Position numbers and translations under genes: made by a program | The notes under the pieces: model-generated | Databases searched by the model: none | What the model was told of the DNA's origin: nothing | The model's input: the letters and a program-made list of their open reading frames with translations, nothing else | Part shown: positions 35,474-46,140 of the stretch, one piece after another | Layout: every line of letters starts with the position of its first letter | Position numbering within the stretch: position 1 is the stretch's first letter | Assembly (NCBI GenBank): GCA_049418765.1 | Contig: JBMSJJ010000002.1 | Location: 104,031 to 168,030, forward strand | Length of the DNA: 64,000 nucleotides | Reading direction: 5' to 3' | From: Rickettsiales bacterium | Lineage (GTDB): Bacteria; Pseudomonadota; Alphaproteobacteria; Rickettsiales; UBA1997

Positions 35474-38400
35474 ATGATAAAAATTTATAATTTTAACACA
35501 TTTTTAGAAAAACACTTAAAGACAATTCAAAACAAACTCCAATTTTTTAAAAAATTCATATTAATTTTGATTTTAATTTCAATTAGTTTTTTTGAAATTT
35601 CTAACAGCGCTTTTGCGGTTAATGTTTCTGTCTTTAATGATGTTAGAAATGTTACAGGAAAAGATTGTTTAGTAGCAGAATTTGATGAGGAGGAGTTTGA
35701 TACTGAAGAAATTGATGGTGAAATTACTGCAAATAGAACGCCAGATCCGTGCTATGAATCTAATTACGACGAAAATAAGCAAATATGTGAGGTTGGGGGA
35801 TTTGGTGCTACAATGGAAATTTTTAATAATCTAGACTTAACTTGGAATTATGGAAATCAGACTTGCCTAGCTTATGTATTAACAGCTGGTATTACTATGC
35901 AGTCTATTTTTATGGCTGCAAGGTATGTTTGTCCGATGCCAGATATTTTTGCCAAGAGATCGGCTGAATTGGCTGATGATGTAAAAAACGGAGCGGCGGC
36001 AGCTGCATCTGCAACTGGAGCTACAGTAAGTAAAGAAGCAGCTAAACAAACATCGAATGTTCAAAAACTAGGAACCAAGGGCACTCAATCAATTGGGGAA
36101 AAATTAAATGGAGCTGCAAAAACCCCATTTCAATCATTTGTCACCAGAGGTAAAAATCTTATAAAAAGAACATCCGGACCTTCTTCTCCATGGCAAACCG
36201 CATCGATGGTTATTGACCCATTTATGATAATAGAAATGGGTATTTTTGCTGGACAATGTGCTTATCTTCCAAATTGTTGCGCTGCATTTGGTACCACAAC
36301 TGCAGCTTATGTGACTGCGGTAGCAACTCTGGCTGGTTTATATTATAATGCAAGGACAGCTTATTTAAATACTGAGGTTTGTGGAGAGGGTTATAAAATC
36401 TGGAAAAAGGGCACAGATGTTGATGAAAAAAATAAATTAGGAGTTTGGCAAAAGGAGTTAGGATTTTATGCTAAATGTTTGGATAATTATTTTAAAGATG
36501 CCAATCATGAATTGCGTTTCTCAGAGGTTGAGGCGACACCAAAAGATCATACAGCTTATAATCGTTTGATGAAATTTAAAGCCCATGCAAGTCAATTTGG
36601 TTTAAATACAGATTCCCAAGATTCAACTAATGATTGCATGGTAAATTCAGGTTCTGAAAACTTAAGAAATGAGCAGCAGAACTTATCAAATGTATATTAT
36701 CGTGAATATTTATATAAGGGAATAGAATATACAGATTCAGGTCCTGGTGAATGCAAAAATCCTTCGGGTTGGGATTCTAATTTTAAGAAAAAAACTTTTG
36801 GATATAGTGAAGAAAATCAAAAATATTATTTTAGAGGTTCAGCTGAAGCCCCAAATTATCAATGTGAAAGATTTTTAATAAAAGGTAGTCAGGATAAGAC
36901 TGGAATGGAAGCTTTTGAATGTTGCAAAAAAAGAAGTATGGGGGCGATTTGTCTAGAAAGAAGAATTACTGGAAAATATAAATTTTGTTCAATGGATGAT
37001 GGTGAATGTAGTATAAATTTAGGAAATCTAGAAAATCCTCAAGCCGCCCCAACCAAATATGATATTTCTGAAGCAGAGAGTGATCCAAGATTTATTTGTG
37101 CAAAATCCTATAATCACTGCCCTTTTGATCATAATTTGGCGGGAGGAACCGATTATGCACAACAATATCCAAAACGACCAAGCATCATAACAAATTTTTG
37201 TCAATATTTGAGGCATTGTGTAAAAAGAGTGCCATATTCAAGGGTTATTCCAACTGATCCTGATGGATTTTTTGTGGCTAGCGCTTGTAATAATTTGATG
37301 GGTGATTCTCAATTTTTTTATGATGAAATTAATTTAAAATATTCACCAGTTAGATCTAGAAATTTTAGTGCTCCAATTGTTCAATGTATTAAAGAGTCGA
37401 TTGAAAATAATTTTCTTCAAATTGCTGGAGATACCAAATGTACAAGTTCTGAATTTGTTTATGATCCAATTAAAAAGAAATGTGTCAGTGTGGTAGACCA
37501 AAATCTTTACAGTACTGATTATGCTTATGTTAAAGGCGATGTTCGAGGTATTACATTATTTCAGAAAATGCAAAACCAATTTAAAAATATTATAAAAATT
37601 GTTTTGGTTCTTTCTGTGGTTATGTTTGGATATCAAATAATGTTTGCAGTTCCTGAAATGCATATTAATAAAAAGACCATCTCAGTGTTTTTGGTAAAAA
37701 TAGGATTAGTTTCGTTTTTTGCACTTGGAAATGCTTGGCAAGGCTTATTTATCAATCAAATTCTGAATGTTTCAACCGAATTATCAAATATTACATTCTT
37801 ACCAAATGCCAAGAAAAAAGATGGTTGTCAATTCCCTAAAAAGAATTATCAATATGTTGATAAGCTTCGTGCTCTTGAGTTGAATGATTTAGAAAAGTAT
37901 GATATTTTACCACCTCAATACCCACCAGGAAAAAATTATTTGAGAATTTGGGATACTTTGGATTGTAAATTGGTGCGGGCAATTGGCTACGGACCTAATG
38001 TGGATGCCGCAAATATTGCCAAAATGATTTTTGCAGGCTTTATAACTGGTGGTGTGGGCATAGTTTTTTTCTTAGCTTCATTTGCATTAGCCTTTATGCT
38101 ATTATCGGTGATATTTAGGGCTATTCAAATTACCGTAATGTCATTGCTTGCAGTAATATTGTTGGTTTATATTTCGCCAATCACTATAACTTGTAGTCTA
38201 TTTGAAAGAACGAAAGGTATTTTTGAAAATTGGTATAAACAATTGCTTGGCTACATATTCCAGCCTATGATTTTATTTGCTTATCTTGGCTTATTTATAA
38301 CTGTAATAGATTCAGTTTTCATAGGTGATGCTTCTTTTAAAACTAGTTCAGGCGGTAAAAATTTTGAGCTTCCAAAGCCAGATTGTTCTGGAGTGGAGAA

Positions 38401-38911
38401 TACTAGTTTATTTTGTATTTTTAACTTTCCTAAATTTAAAAATTACACCGGTCTAGAATTTTTTGATCTTGCGATACCTATTTTAGTTGGATTGAATCCA
38501 GAAAAAATTAACACCATTCTTAAAGGTGCCATAATAATGTTTGTGATGTATAGTTTTATGGATAAGATAACTTTTGTTGCCAAAAAATTAGTTGGTGGTC
38601 AAGAATTGAGTGCCGATAAGGCTCCAAACATTGCTGGCGTAGCCAAAAAAGCCATAAGAGCAGTTCAGAAGAGGGCTTTGAATGCAACCAAAAGATTGGC
38701 GATTCAGGGTGGAGGATTGGCGGCCAAGGGTGGCAGATTTGCATTAAGTAAGGGCAAGAGGGGTGATATAACTCCAGATGGCGATAAAAAACAAGATGGA
38801 GACTCAAGTTCGGCTGGAAATGATGCTAAGGGCAACGATTCAAAGGACGACGATTCAAAGGGCGACGATTCTAAATCTGGAGGTGATGCTCCAAATGGCG
38901 TTGGTAAGTAG
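35474..38911 (+). CDS. virB6: Rickettsiales-type long VirB6/TrbL type IV secretion protein
   Basis: DGCQFP, YPPGKNYLRIWDTLDCKL, LLVYISPITI...LFERTKGIFENW.KQLLGY..QP.ILFAY; large Cys-rich N-terminal domain. Confidence 0.9.
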   Translation: MIKIYNFNTFLEKHLKTIQNKLQFFKKFILILILISISFFEISNSAFAVNVSVFNDVRNVTGKDCLVAEFDEEEFDTEEIDGEITANRTPDPCYESNYDENKQICEVGGFGATMEIFNNLDLTWNYGNQTCLAYVLTAGITMQSIFMAARYVCPMPDIFAKRSAELADDVKNGAAAAASATGATVSKEAAKQTSNVQKLGTKGTQSIGEKLNGAAKTPFQSFVTRGKNLIKRTSGPSSPWQTASMVIDPFMIIEMGIFAGQCAYLPNCCAAFGTTTAAYVTAVATLAGLYYNARTAYLNTEVCGEGYKIWKKGTDVDEKNKLGVWQKELGFYAKCLDNYFKDANHELRFSEVEATPKDHTAYNRLMKFKAHASQFGLNTDSQDSTNDCMVNSGSENLRNEQQNLSNVYYREYLYKGIEYTDSGPGECKNPSGWDSNFKKKTFGYSEENQKYYFRGSAEAPNYQCERFLIKGSQDKTGMEAFECCKKRSMGAICLERRITGKYKFCSMDDGECSINLGNLENPQAAPTKYDISEAESDPRFICAKSYNHCPFDHNLAGGTDYAQQYPKRPSIITNFCQYLRHCVKRVPYSRVIPTDPDGFFVASACNNLMGDSQFFYDEINLKYSPVRSRNFSAPIVQCIKESIENNFLQIAGDTKCTSSEFVYDPIKKKCVSVVDQNLYSTDYAYVKGDVRGITLFQKMQNQFKNIIKIVLVLSVVMFGYQIMFAVPEMHINKKTISVFLVKIGLVSFFALGNAWQGLFINQILNVSTELSNITFLPNAKKKDGCQFPKKNYQYVDKLRALELNDLEKYDILPPQYPPGKNYLRIWDTLDCKLVRAIGYGPNVDAANIAKMIFAGFITGGVGIVFFLASFALAFMLLSVIFRAIQITVMSLLAVILLVYISPITITCSLFERTKGIFENWYKQLLGYIFQPMILFAYLGLFITVIDSVFIGDASFKTSSGGKNFELPKPDCSGVENTSLFCIFNFPKFKNYTGLEFFDLAIPILVGLNPEKINTILKGAIIMFVMYSFMDKITFVAKKLVGGQELSADKAPNIAGVAKKAIRAVQKRALNATKRLAIQGGGLAAKGGRFALSKGKRGDITPDGDKKQDGDSSSAGNDAKGNDSKDDDSKGDDSKSGGDAPNGVGK

Positions 38912-38963
38912 GTTTTATATATTTATCGATTAACTAATTTAAATTTTCTTAAGCAAATTTTAT

Positions 38964-39581
38964 TTATTTTTTTAAGAAAAAGCTGGTATTTTTGATTTTC
39001 AATTGGGCGGGTGCAATACCAGAAAAAACAATATGTTCATAGTTATTATTTTCCAAAAAATCTATGGTTTTCTGATAATTTGAGCGCTCGGAATCATCAA
39101 GAATTAGATAGCCTCCTGATTTTAGAGAGTCAAGGGATTGAAGTGTGCAAAGATGCCTTTTTAATGAATCAATTACGATAAAATCAAATTTTATATTATT
39201 TTTGTGTGAATAATTATTAGCGAAGTTTTGGTAATCAACATTATCAATGGCGTTTTCAAGTAAAAAAATTTCAGAATTTTTGGCAATAAAGTGATCATTA
39301 TTAGAATTAACTTTTCCTTGAATTTTTTCGCAAATTATTTCAAACCAAGATTTGTTGCTTTCAACAGCTACAACCTTGGAACAGTTATTGTTATAAAAAA
39401 TAGTTGAAGAACCAGATCCAAATTCAAAAACCTTATGTTCGCTTTTGAGGTGAAGTTTTAAAAATTCAATAGCCTCGAAGCTATACCAGGGAATGGCGTT
39501 AAAATTTTCATCGACCGAAAAGCCAATTTTAGAGGAGTTAACCCAGCTGTTTTTGTAGAGATTAAATTGGTCTTTGATCAT
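38964..39581 (-). CDS. Class I SAM-dependent methyltransferase
   Basis: PWYSFEAIEFL, VFEFGSGSST, AVES, FDFIVID, LKSGGYLILDDSER. Confidence 0.85.
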   Translation of the reverse strand: MIKDQFNLYKNSWVNSSKIGFSVDENFNAIPWYSFEAIEFLKLHLKSEHKVFEFGSGSSTIFYNNNCSKVVAVESNKSWFEIICEKIQGKVNSNNDHFIAKNSEIFLLENAIDNVDYQNFANNYSHKNNIKFDFIVIDSLKRHLCTLQSLDSLKSGGYLILDDSERSNYQKTIDFLENNNYEHIVFSGIAPAQLKIKNTSFFLKK

Positions 39582-39611
39582 GGTAAAATAATTAAGTTTG
39601 ATTTAATTATT

Positions 39612-39938
39612 TTATTTACCAAAAACTACAGTACATCTTTTGCTGAATAGGAAATAATTTTTGCTGTATTTATCTACAGCATAAACACTTTGTATGTTGG
39701 CATTTTTAATTGCCGAAATAACCGACTGATCACCAGATAATTTGATGGCAGTTTCGCCAATATAAGGAATGGTAAAGCCACCAAATAAATTGCGTGAACA
39801 GGATTCCCCTTTTTTAATTTCTGATAATGAGGAGACAGTTATTTTTTCTAATTCATTAAAATCAGTATTATAGCTATAACATGAAGTGTTAAAAGCTAAT
39901 AAAATAATTAAAAATATATTTTTTATATATAAATTCAT
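39612..39938 (-). CDS. TRL-like family lipoprotein
   Basis: Lipobox NTSC, KKGESCS, GDQSV..A...A.I..V..VD, CTVVFG. Confidence 0.75.
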   Translation of the reverse strand: MNLYIKNIFLIILLAFNTSCYSYNTDFNELEKITVSSLSEIKKGESCSRNLFGGFTIPYIGETAIKLSGDQSVISAIKNANIQSVYAVDKYSKNYFLFSKRCTVVFGK

Positions 39939-39943
39939 TAATT

Positions 39944-40765
39944 CTAGTTAATTATATTAAATCTTAAATTATTGTCAATATAACATTTATCTTGCGATTT
40001 ATAAAATTTCTGCAAATAAAGTTTTGAATTTTTGTTATTGATATATTTTATAAAAGCAGTTGTTACCTTTCCAAGGTCGGTGCTACTATTTTCAAGGCTG
40101 TAAACCGGCATAATCCATTTGCGATTTAGGTTAAATTGCATATTACTTGCCTCTCTTAAATCAAGTCTAACTGGCTTTTTAATGTTATCAGCTAAAAGAG
40201 AAAATTGAAAGTTTGGAGCAAATTTTAAATTACCAAATATTGAATTAGAATTGCTGGCATTAATTATTATTTCTTTGCCAACTAAGTCAGGACGAAATAT
40301 TTTTTCTGGCTTAAAAATTTTTAAAACCTGAGGCGGTAAGATGGTGATTGCAGAATTATTAAAGTTGATCATCGAAAAGAAACCCTGCGAATATTTTGAG
40401 GTGAATAAATATGGGGTGAGGGTAAAGTCTGATTCGCTAGAAAAAATAATATTAATGAGGTCTACCGCTTTATAATATCTTAAATCAACCAAAATATATT
40501 CAGCATCTTTTGGAGTATTTTTTATTGAGTTAAAAATTTGCGAAACCACACTTTCATCGCTAAGTTTTGAAACTGAGGGCAATGAAATTGATTGTCTTCT
40601 TTTGATTTCTTTTGCTAGTAAGGGTTTGAATAATTGCTGTCTTTTATTTATTTCATTTTCCGATTTAGAACAATCAATTGCAAAATTATGATTGGCGATT
40701 CTATTGGAGCAGGATTGAACGACAACAATCAAAAATATGAATAATATCTTTTTTGCTAAAATCAT
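39944..40765 (-). CDS. Hypothetical lipoprotein
   Basis: Lipobox VQSC after a hydrophobic stretch; co-oriented with the TRL-like gene. Confidence 0.65.
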   Translation of the reverse strand: MILAKKILFIFLIVVVQSCSNRIANHNFAIDCSKSENEINKRQQLFKPLLAKEIKRRQSISLPSVSKLSDESVVSQIFNSIKNTPKDAEYILVDLRYYKAVDLINIIFSSESDFTLTPYLFTSKYSQGFFSMINFNNSAITILPPQVLKIFKPEKIFRPDLVGKEIIINASNSNSIFGNLKFAPNFQFSLLADNIKKPVRLDLREASNMQFNLNRKWIMPVYSLENSSTDLGKVTTAFIKYINNKNSKLYLQKFYKSQDKCYIDNNLRFNIIN

Positions 40766-40955
40766 CTTAAATTAAATTAGTTAATTCTTAAATTATAAAT
40801 GCTATTGGTGCTTTTTTAGTATCTTATAAATTTATTTTTTTTTCAATAAAAAAACTTATGAGCGGTTTGTTTATTTAATTTCATTTGATTATGAAACAAA
40901 ATTTTTTGTGAATAGATAATTAATATTTAAAGATTTTTTTGAGAGTGTTTTGATT

Positions 40956-40989
40956 TTATCGCAAAATCTGTTGAAAGATTTTGCGATAA
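40956..40989. terminator. Perfect 14-bp stem-loop downstream of the cold-shock gene
   Basis: TTATCGCAAAATCT-GTTGAA-AGATTTTGCGATAA. No clear U-tract on the minus strand. Confidence 0.55.
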
Positions 40990-40999
40990 TTATTTTAAT

Positions 41000-41212
41000 T
41001 TATTCGGCTAATTCAAGAACATCAACCGACTCTTTGCCTTTACGATTAGTTAAGGTAAAATGAACTTTTTGATTTTCATTAAGCGTTTTTAAACCAGCTT
41101 TAATTACAGAACTAATGTGAACAAAAACATCTTTGTCACTGCCATCTGGCTTTATGAAGCCATAACCTTTAGTAGCATTAAACCATTTAACTTTTCCAGT
41201 AATTTTTTCCAT
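41000..41212 (-). CDS. cspA: Cold-shock protein
   Basis: [22 protein letters not shown]. Start refined to 41212. Confidence 0.95.
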   Translation of the reverse strand: MEKITGKVKWFNATKGYGFIKPDGSDKDVFVHISSVIKAGLKTLNENQKVHFTLTNRKGKESVDVLELAE

Positions 41213-41347
41213 GATATTTATTAATTTTAATTCAATGAAATAACAAAAAGTTATTTCTTCACATACCAAAATACAAAGTTAAATTCAAAAATAAATAATT
41301 ATTTTACTTTTTATTAAAAAAATTTTTAAATTGATAAAAAATTAGCT

Positions 41348-42694
41348 CTAAAATATTTTTTTAAATATTTTTTTACCAAATTTTTTTAAGCTAAATGATT
41401 TTTTTTGTCCAAATTCATTTTCATATTTTTGAAATTTTTTTGGTTTTTTTGGATTTTTGTCGGATTGTTTTTTTTCGTTTCTTCTTCCAAAAAACTTTTT
41501 ATGCTCTGAATTATTAATTTTTTTACCAATAATTGCATTAGGTAATTCAATAACTTTAAATCCTTTAAGATTAGAACAATCTTCGCGAGGAATTTGTTTA
41601 TTTATTAGAGTTTCGATTAATTTAATTTTTCTAAATTCTTCTGGTTCGCAAATCGAAATGGCACAACCGCTTCTGCCGGCTCTGGCAGTTCTTCCGATGC
41701 GGTGAACATAATTTTCACTGTCTCTAGGTAGGTCATAATTTATTACTAGAGTAATTTTAGAAATATCAATGCCTCGAGATGCTAAGTCGGTGGCTACCAT
41801 TATATTTACCGATTCATTGGCAAATGATTTGATGGCTTTGTCTCGGGCTGCTTGAGATTTATTGCCATGCATGACTAGATTATTGAATCCGCATTTTGCT
41901 AAGCGAGTAGACAATCTATTGGCATTATGTTTGGTTTGGCAAAAAATCAAAATCGATCCCTCTTGATGATTCGACAATAAATAATGCAAAACACTAAATT
42001 TTTGGTTTTTGCTGGTGGTTATTATTTTTTGGTCGATTTTGTCGACAGTGCTAGAAACTCTAGCGGTTTGAATTTTAGTTGGATTTTTTAAAATATCATT
42101 TGCCAAATCTTCAATTTTTCTAGCCATTGTTGCCGAAAATAGAAGTGTTTGTTTTTTATTTGGTAATAATTTTAATATTTTTTTAATATCTTCGTAAAAT
42201 CCCATATCCAGCATGCGGTCAGCTTCGTCAAGTATTAGGATTTTTACATCCGAATATTTAACATAATTTTGATTTGTTAAATCAATTAATCTTCCTGGAG
42301 TGGCTATTAAAACATCTAAACCTTTATGCAAATTATTAATTTGGTCACGTTCGCCAACGCCTCCATAAATTGTGGCATATTTTAAATTAAATTTTTGACA
42401 ATACGGCTTGATATTTTCGGCAATTTGCGTAGCTAATTCACGGGTTGGTGCCAATATTAACGAAGAAATATGAAGAGGTTTTTGTTGTGGTTGATTGTCG
42501 ATTAAAAGTTGAATTAAAGGAATACAAAAAGCATCGGTTTTGCCAGTGCCTGTTTGGGAAATAGCAATTAGATCATTGCCATTTAAAATATTTGGAATTG
42601 CTTGTTCTTGAATTGGAGTTGGTGTTGAGTAACCTTTTTTTTCAAGAATATCAATAATCTTGCTATTGATATTAAGCGCTGAAAAATTTGTCAT
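41348..42694 (-). CDS. rhlE: DEAD-box RNA helicase (RhlE-like)
   Basis: PTPIQ, QTGTGKT, PTRELA, TPGRL, DEAD, SAT, RGID, HRIGRTARAG; basic tail. Confidence 0.88.
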   Translation of the reverse strand: MTNFSALNINSKIIDILEKKGYSTPTPIQEQAIPNILNGNDLIAISQTGTGKTDAFCIPLIQLLIDNQPQQKPLHISSLILAPTRELATQIAENIKPYCQKFNLKYATIYGGVGERDQINNLHKGLDVLIATPGRLIDLTNQNYVKYSDVKILILDEADRMLDMGFYEDIKKILKLLPNKKQTLLFSATMARKIEDLANDILKNPTKIQTARVSSTVDKIDQKIITTSKNQKFSVLHYLLSNHQEGSILIFCQTKHNANRLSTRLAKCGFNNLVMHGNKSQAARDKAIKSFANESVNIMVATDLASRGIDISKITLVINYDLPRDSENYVHRIGRTARAGRSGCAISICEPEEFRKIKLIETLINKQIPREDCSNLKGFKVIELPNAIIGKKINNSEHKKFFGRRNEKKQSDKNPKKPKKFQKYENEFGQKKSFSLKKFGKKIFKKIF

Positions 42695-42907
42695 AAATTA
42701 TGTTAAAAATATTAAAAAAATATTTTATAAAGGGCTAACGAAAAACAAACAAAATCAAGTAAAAAATAAAATATTCATTAAATTTTAATTAAAGCTAATG
42801 ATAGGCTTTAGATAAGATAAATAGTGAATTGAAAAATAATCTTTATAAAATAACTTCATAATTGTAGAATATTTAAAAATTTTAAGCAATAAAAAGATTT
42901 AGAAATA

Positions 42908-44035
42908 ATGTTTAAAGAATATTTTGAAAAAATTAATGCACTAAAAAAACAAAATTTATACCGAAATTTAGTAAATTCAGATGCCATTGATGCTACTAAA
43001 ATCAAATATAATTTAAAAAAGGTAATTTCCTTTGCATCCAATGATTATATGGGTTTAACCCAAAGCGATATTCTAAAAAAAACCGCAATATCGGCTATAA
43101 AAAAATATGGTGTTGGTGCAGGTGCATCTCGCTTTGTTTCTGGCAATAATCAGCTTTATTCCAAGCTAGAAAAATTAATTGCCGAATTTTATCGATTACC
43201 AAAAGCGGTTGTTTTTTCTTCAGGATATATGACGGCAATCGGTGTTGTCAAGGCATTAGCGGGTAAAGACGATATTATCATTGCCGATAAATTAATTCAC
43301 GCATGTTTTATTGATGGCGCCAAAATTTCGCAGGCAAAATTTTGCCGATTTAAGCATAATTCAGTAAAACATTGCAAACAAATATTGCAAGAAAATCGTG
43401 ATTCTCATTTAAATTGCTTGATAATCATCGAGTCGGTCTATTCAATGGATGGTGATTGCCCAAATTTTGATGAATTTATCAAATTAGCTGAAGAATATCG
43501 AGCAATTTTAATTATTGACAATGCTCACGGATTGGATCATAAATTTTCTTCAAGTCCAAATTTATTAATTATGGGAACCTTATCAAAAACTATCGGGTCT
43601 TTTGGGGGTTTTATTGCTGGAAATGAAATATTAATTGAAAATATTGTTCAATTTTCGCGGTCATTAATTTATTCAACGGCTCTTCCTCCAGCGATTTTAG
43701 CCAGTGCAATTCGGTCATTTCAATTTCTACAAAAAACAAAAAATTCCACTAAAGCCATAAGAAATGCGCAATATTTTTGTGAATTAATGGGGCTAAAAAA
43801 ACCTGATTCGCAAATCGTAAAAATTATTATTGGAGATAATGATAAGCTATTAAAAATTCAAAAGGAAATTTTAAAGAAAGGTTTTTTGGTTTCGGCAATA
43901 AGGTCGCCAACAGTAATGATTAAAAGTGAAAGATTGAGAATTTCTTTTCAAAGTGAGCATCAAAAAAGCCAAATTGAAAAACTCGCCAAGGTTATAAAAA
44001 AAATATTTGCCGATTTTAAGATTGATATTTCTTAA
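42908..44035 (+). CDS. bioF: 8-amino-7-oxononanoate synthase
   Basis: FASNDYMGL, GAGASR, SGY, DKLIHA, ESVYSMDGD, GTLSK, YSTALPP. Confidence 0.92.
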   Translation: MFKEYFEKINALKKQNLYRNLVNSDAIDATKIKYNLKKVISFASNDYMGLTQSDILKKTAISAIKKYGVGAGASRFVSGNNQLYSKLEKLIAEFYRLPKAVVFSSGYMTAIGVVKALAGKDDIIIADKLIHACFIDGAKISQAKFCRFKHNSVKHCKQILQENRDSHLNCLIIIESVYSMDGDCPNFDEFIKLAEEYRAILIIDNAHGLDHKFSSSPNLLIMGTLSKTIGSFGGFIAGNEILIENIVQFSRSLIYSTALPPAILASAIRSFQFLQKTKNSTKAIRNAQYFCELMGLKKPDSQIVKIIIGDNDKLLKIQKEILKKGFLVSAIRSPTVMIKSERLRISFQSEHQKSQIEKLAKVIKKIFADFKIDIS

Positions 44036-44633
44036 GTTTTTTATAGGTTATAACCATAACAATAATTATTGCCGTAATTACAAATAAAGAAATGGTGATT
44101 TGTCGAAGGTAAGTGAAAATTAAATCTTGATTTTCGCCAATAAAATATCCAAAAAATGCTAAAATACTAGTCCAAATTGTAGCGCCTAGGCTGGTGTAAA
44201 AGAAAAACAATTTGAAATTCATTTTAGCAAGACCTGCAGGCAGGGAAATAAAATGTCGAAATCCCGGAAGTAATCTTCCCATAAAAACCGAAATATTTCC
44301 ATAATTTTTAAAAAATACCTCAATATTTTCAATGGTTTGAGGTTTAATAAAAAAATACATACCAATTTTTAAAATAATTTTTCGTCCTAAAAAAAATGCT
44401 AAATAATAACTAAAAATCGCACCAGCTACATTGCCAATAATGCCAAAAAAAGTGACCAAATAAATATTAAGCGAGCCTTTTGAGCTGGCAATGCCTGCAG
44501 GAATCATGATAATTTCACTTGGTATTGGAAATAAGGTGCTTTCTAAAAACATGCCAATAAAAATACCCAAATAGCCAAGCTGTTCAGTGATTGTGACCAC
44601 AACGCTGATCATTTCCTTTAAGAATTCGTGCAT
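44016..44633 (-). CDS. DedA family membrane protein
   Basis: GYLGIF..MFLES..FPIPSE, GRLLPGFRHFISLPAG. Confidence 0.93.
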   Translation of the reverse strand: MHEFLKEMISVVVTITEQLGYLGIFIGMFLESTLFPIPSEIIMIPAGIASSKGSLNIYLVTFFGIIGNVAGAIFSYYLAFFLGRKIILKIGMYFFIKPQTIENIEVFFKNYGNISVFMGRLLPGFRHFISLPAGLAKMNFKLFFFYTSLGATIWTSILAFFGYFIGENQDLIFTYLRQITISLFVITAIIIVMVITYKKLKKYQS

Positions 44634-44634
44634 A

Positions 44635-45258
44635 TTATTGAAATTGATTAATGAATTTTTCTATTGATTGCGGTTGCTGTCTTTCAACTCTTTTAGCTTC
44701 GATGATGGAGCGAATTTTTTGATAAGAATTGTTCAAATCATCATTGATAATTAAATAATCATATTCACGGAAATGACTAATTTCACTCAAAGCCTTTTTC
44801 ATTCTACTTTGAACGATATGCTCTGGATCTTGAGCGCGAGCCCGAAGCCTTCTTTCAAGTTCTTGAAGGGAAGGTGGTAAAATAAAAATGGAAACAATTT
44901 CGTTTTTGGAAAATTTTTCACGAATTTGTCTGGCACCCTGCCAGTCTATATCAAATAAAACACAATGTCCTTTATTTAAAGCCTCTTTAACGGGAGATAT
45001 TGGGGTTCCGTAGAAATTTTCGAAAACCTCAGCATCTTCTAAAAATTCATGTTGATTTTTCATTAATAAAAAATTTTCTTGCGAAACGAAGTAATAATGT
45101 TGCCCGTCAATTTCATTTGGTCTTTTAGCACGAGTTGTTGCCGAAATTGAGAGTTGGATTAGTGGGTCATTTTGCACAATCATTTTGCAGATTGTTGATT
45201 TTCCAGCTCCCGAAGGTGAAGAGATAATGATTAAAAAAGGCGAATGATTGATAAACAT
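44635..45258 (-). CDS. gmk: Guanylate kinase
   Basis: SSPSGAGKST, SATTR, YGTP, DIDWQGA, FILPPS. Confidence 0.97.
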   Translation of the reverse strand: MFINHSPFLIIISSPSGAGKSTICKMIVQNDPLIQLSISATTRAKRPNEIDGQHYYFVSQENFLLMKNQHEFLEDAEVFENFYGTPISPVKEALNKGHCVLFDIDWQGARQIREKFSKNEIVSIFILPPSLQELERRLRARAQDPEHIVQSRMKKALSEISHFREYDYLIINDDLNNSYQKIRSIIEAKRVERQQPQSIEKFINQFQ

Positions 45259-45300
45259 TTAAATAGTTATTTAATTTGGTGAATTATTAAAAATAATAAT

Positions 45301-46119
45301 TTATTCGCCGTCTTTAACGATAGCAATATCTGGTGCATCTGGGGCTTTCATACCAACCACATGATAGCCAGCATCAACATGAAGAGTTTCGCCAGTAACA
45401 CCATTGCCAAGATCAGATAACAAGAAGACACCAGCACCACCTACATCTTGTAAAGACACATTGCGACGCAGTGGAGCATTATATTCGTTCCATTTGAAAA
45501 TTAATCTAAAATCACCAATTCCACTGGCAGCTAAAGTTTTGACTGGGCCTGCTGAAATTGCATTGACTCTGATATTGTCTTTGCCCATATCCATAGCTAA
45601 GTAACGAACGCTAGCTTCAAGGGCTGCTTTGGCAACGCCCATCACATTATAATGTGGCATAACTTTTTCAGCGCCATAATAGCTAAGGGTGATAATGCTT
45701 CCACCGCCCGCATTAATCATAAGTTTTTCAGCTTCTTTGGCAACTGCAACTAAAGAAAATGCCGAAATATTCATGGTGTTGACGAAGTTTTGTGGCGAGG
45801 TGTGTAAATATTTTCCACGAAGCTCTTCCTTGTCAGAATATGCGATGGCATGAACTAGAAAATCTAATTTGCCCCATTTTTTTTCCAAAACTTCAAAGAC
45901 TTTTTTGATTGATTCTGGGTCGTTAACATCACAAGGTAAAACTATGTCTGAACCAACCGATTGAGCAAGAGGTTCAACTCTTTTTTGTAGTGCTTCTCCT
46001 TGAAAAGTGAATGCTAATTCAGCACCATATTTTTTGGCTTCTTCAGCGATGCCCCAAGCAATTGATCTATTATTGGCGACACCCATAATTAAACCTTTTT
46101 TTCCTGATAAAATTGTCAT
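45301..46119 (-). CDS. fabI: Enoyl-ACP reductase
   Basis: GVANNRSIAWGIA, YNVMGVAKAALEASVRYLA, NAISAGPVKTLAA. Confidence 0.97.
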   Translation of the reverse strand: MTILSGKKGLIMGVANNRSIAWGIAEEAKKYGAELAFTFQGEALQKRVEPLAQSVGSDIVLPCDVNDPESIKKVFEVLEKKWGKLDFLVHAIAYSDKEELRGKYLHTSPQNFVNTMNISAFSLVAVAKEAEKLMINAGGGSIITLSYYGAEKVMPHYNVMGVAKAALEASVRYLAMDMGKDNIRVNAISAGPVKTLAASGIGDFRLIFKWNEYNAPLRRNVSLQDVGGAGVFLLSDLGNGVTGETLHVDAGYHVVGMKAPDAPDIAIVKDGE

Positions 46120-46140
46120 GTTAAAAAATTTTTTATGTTA

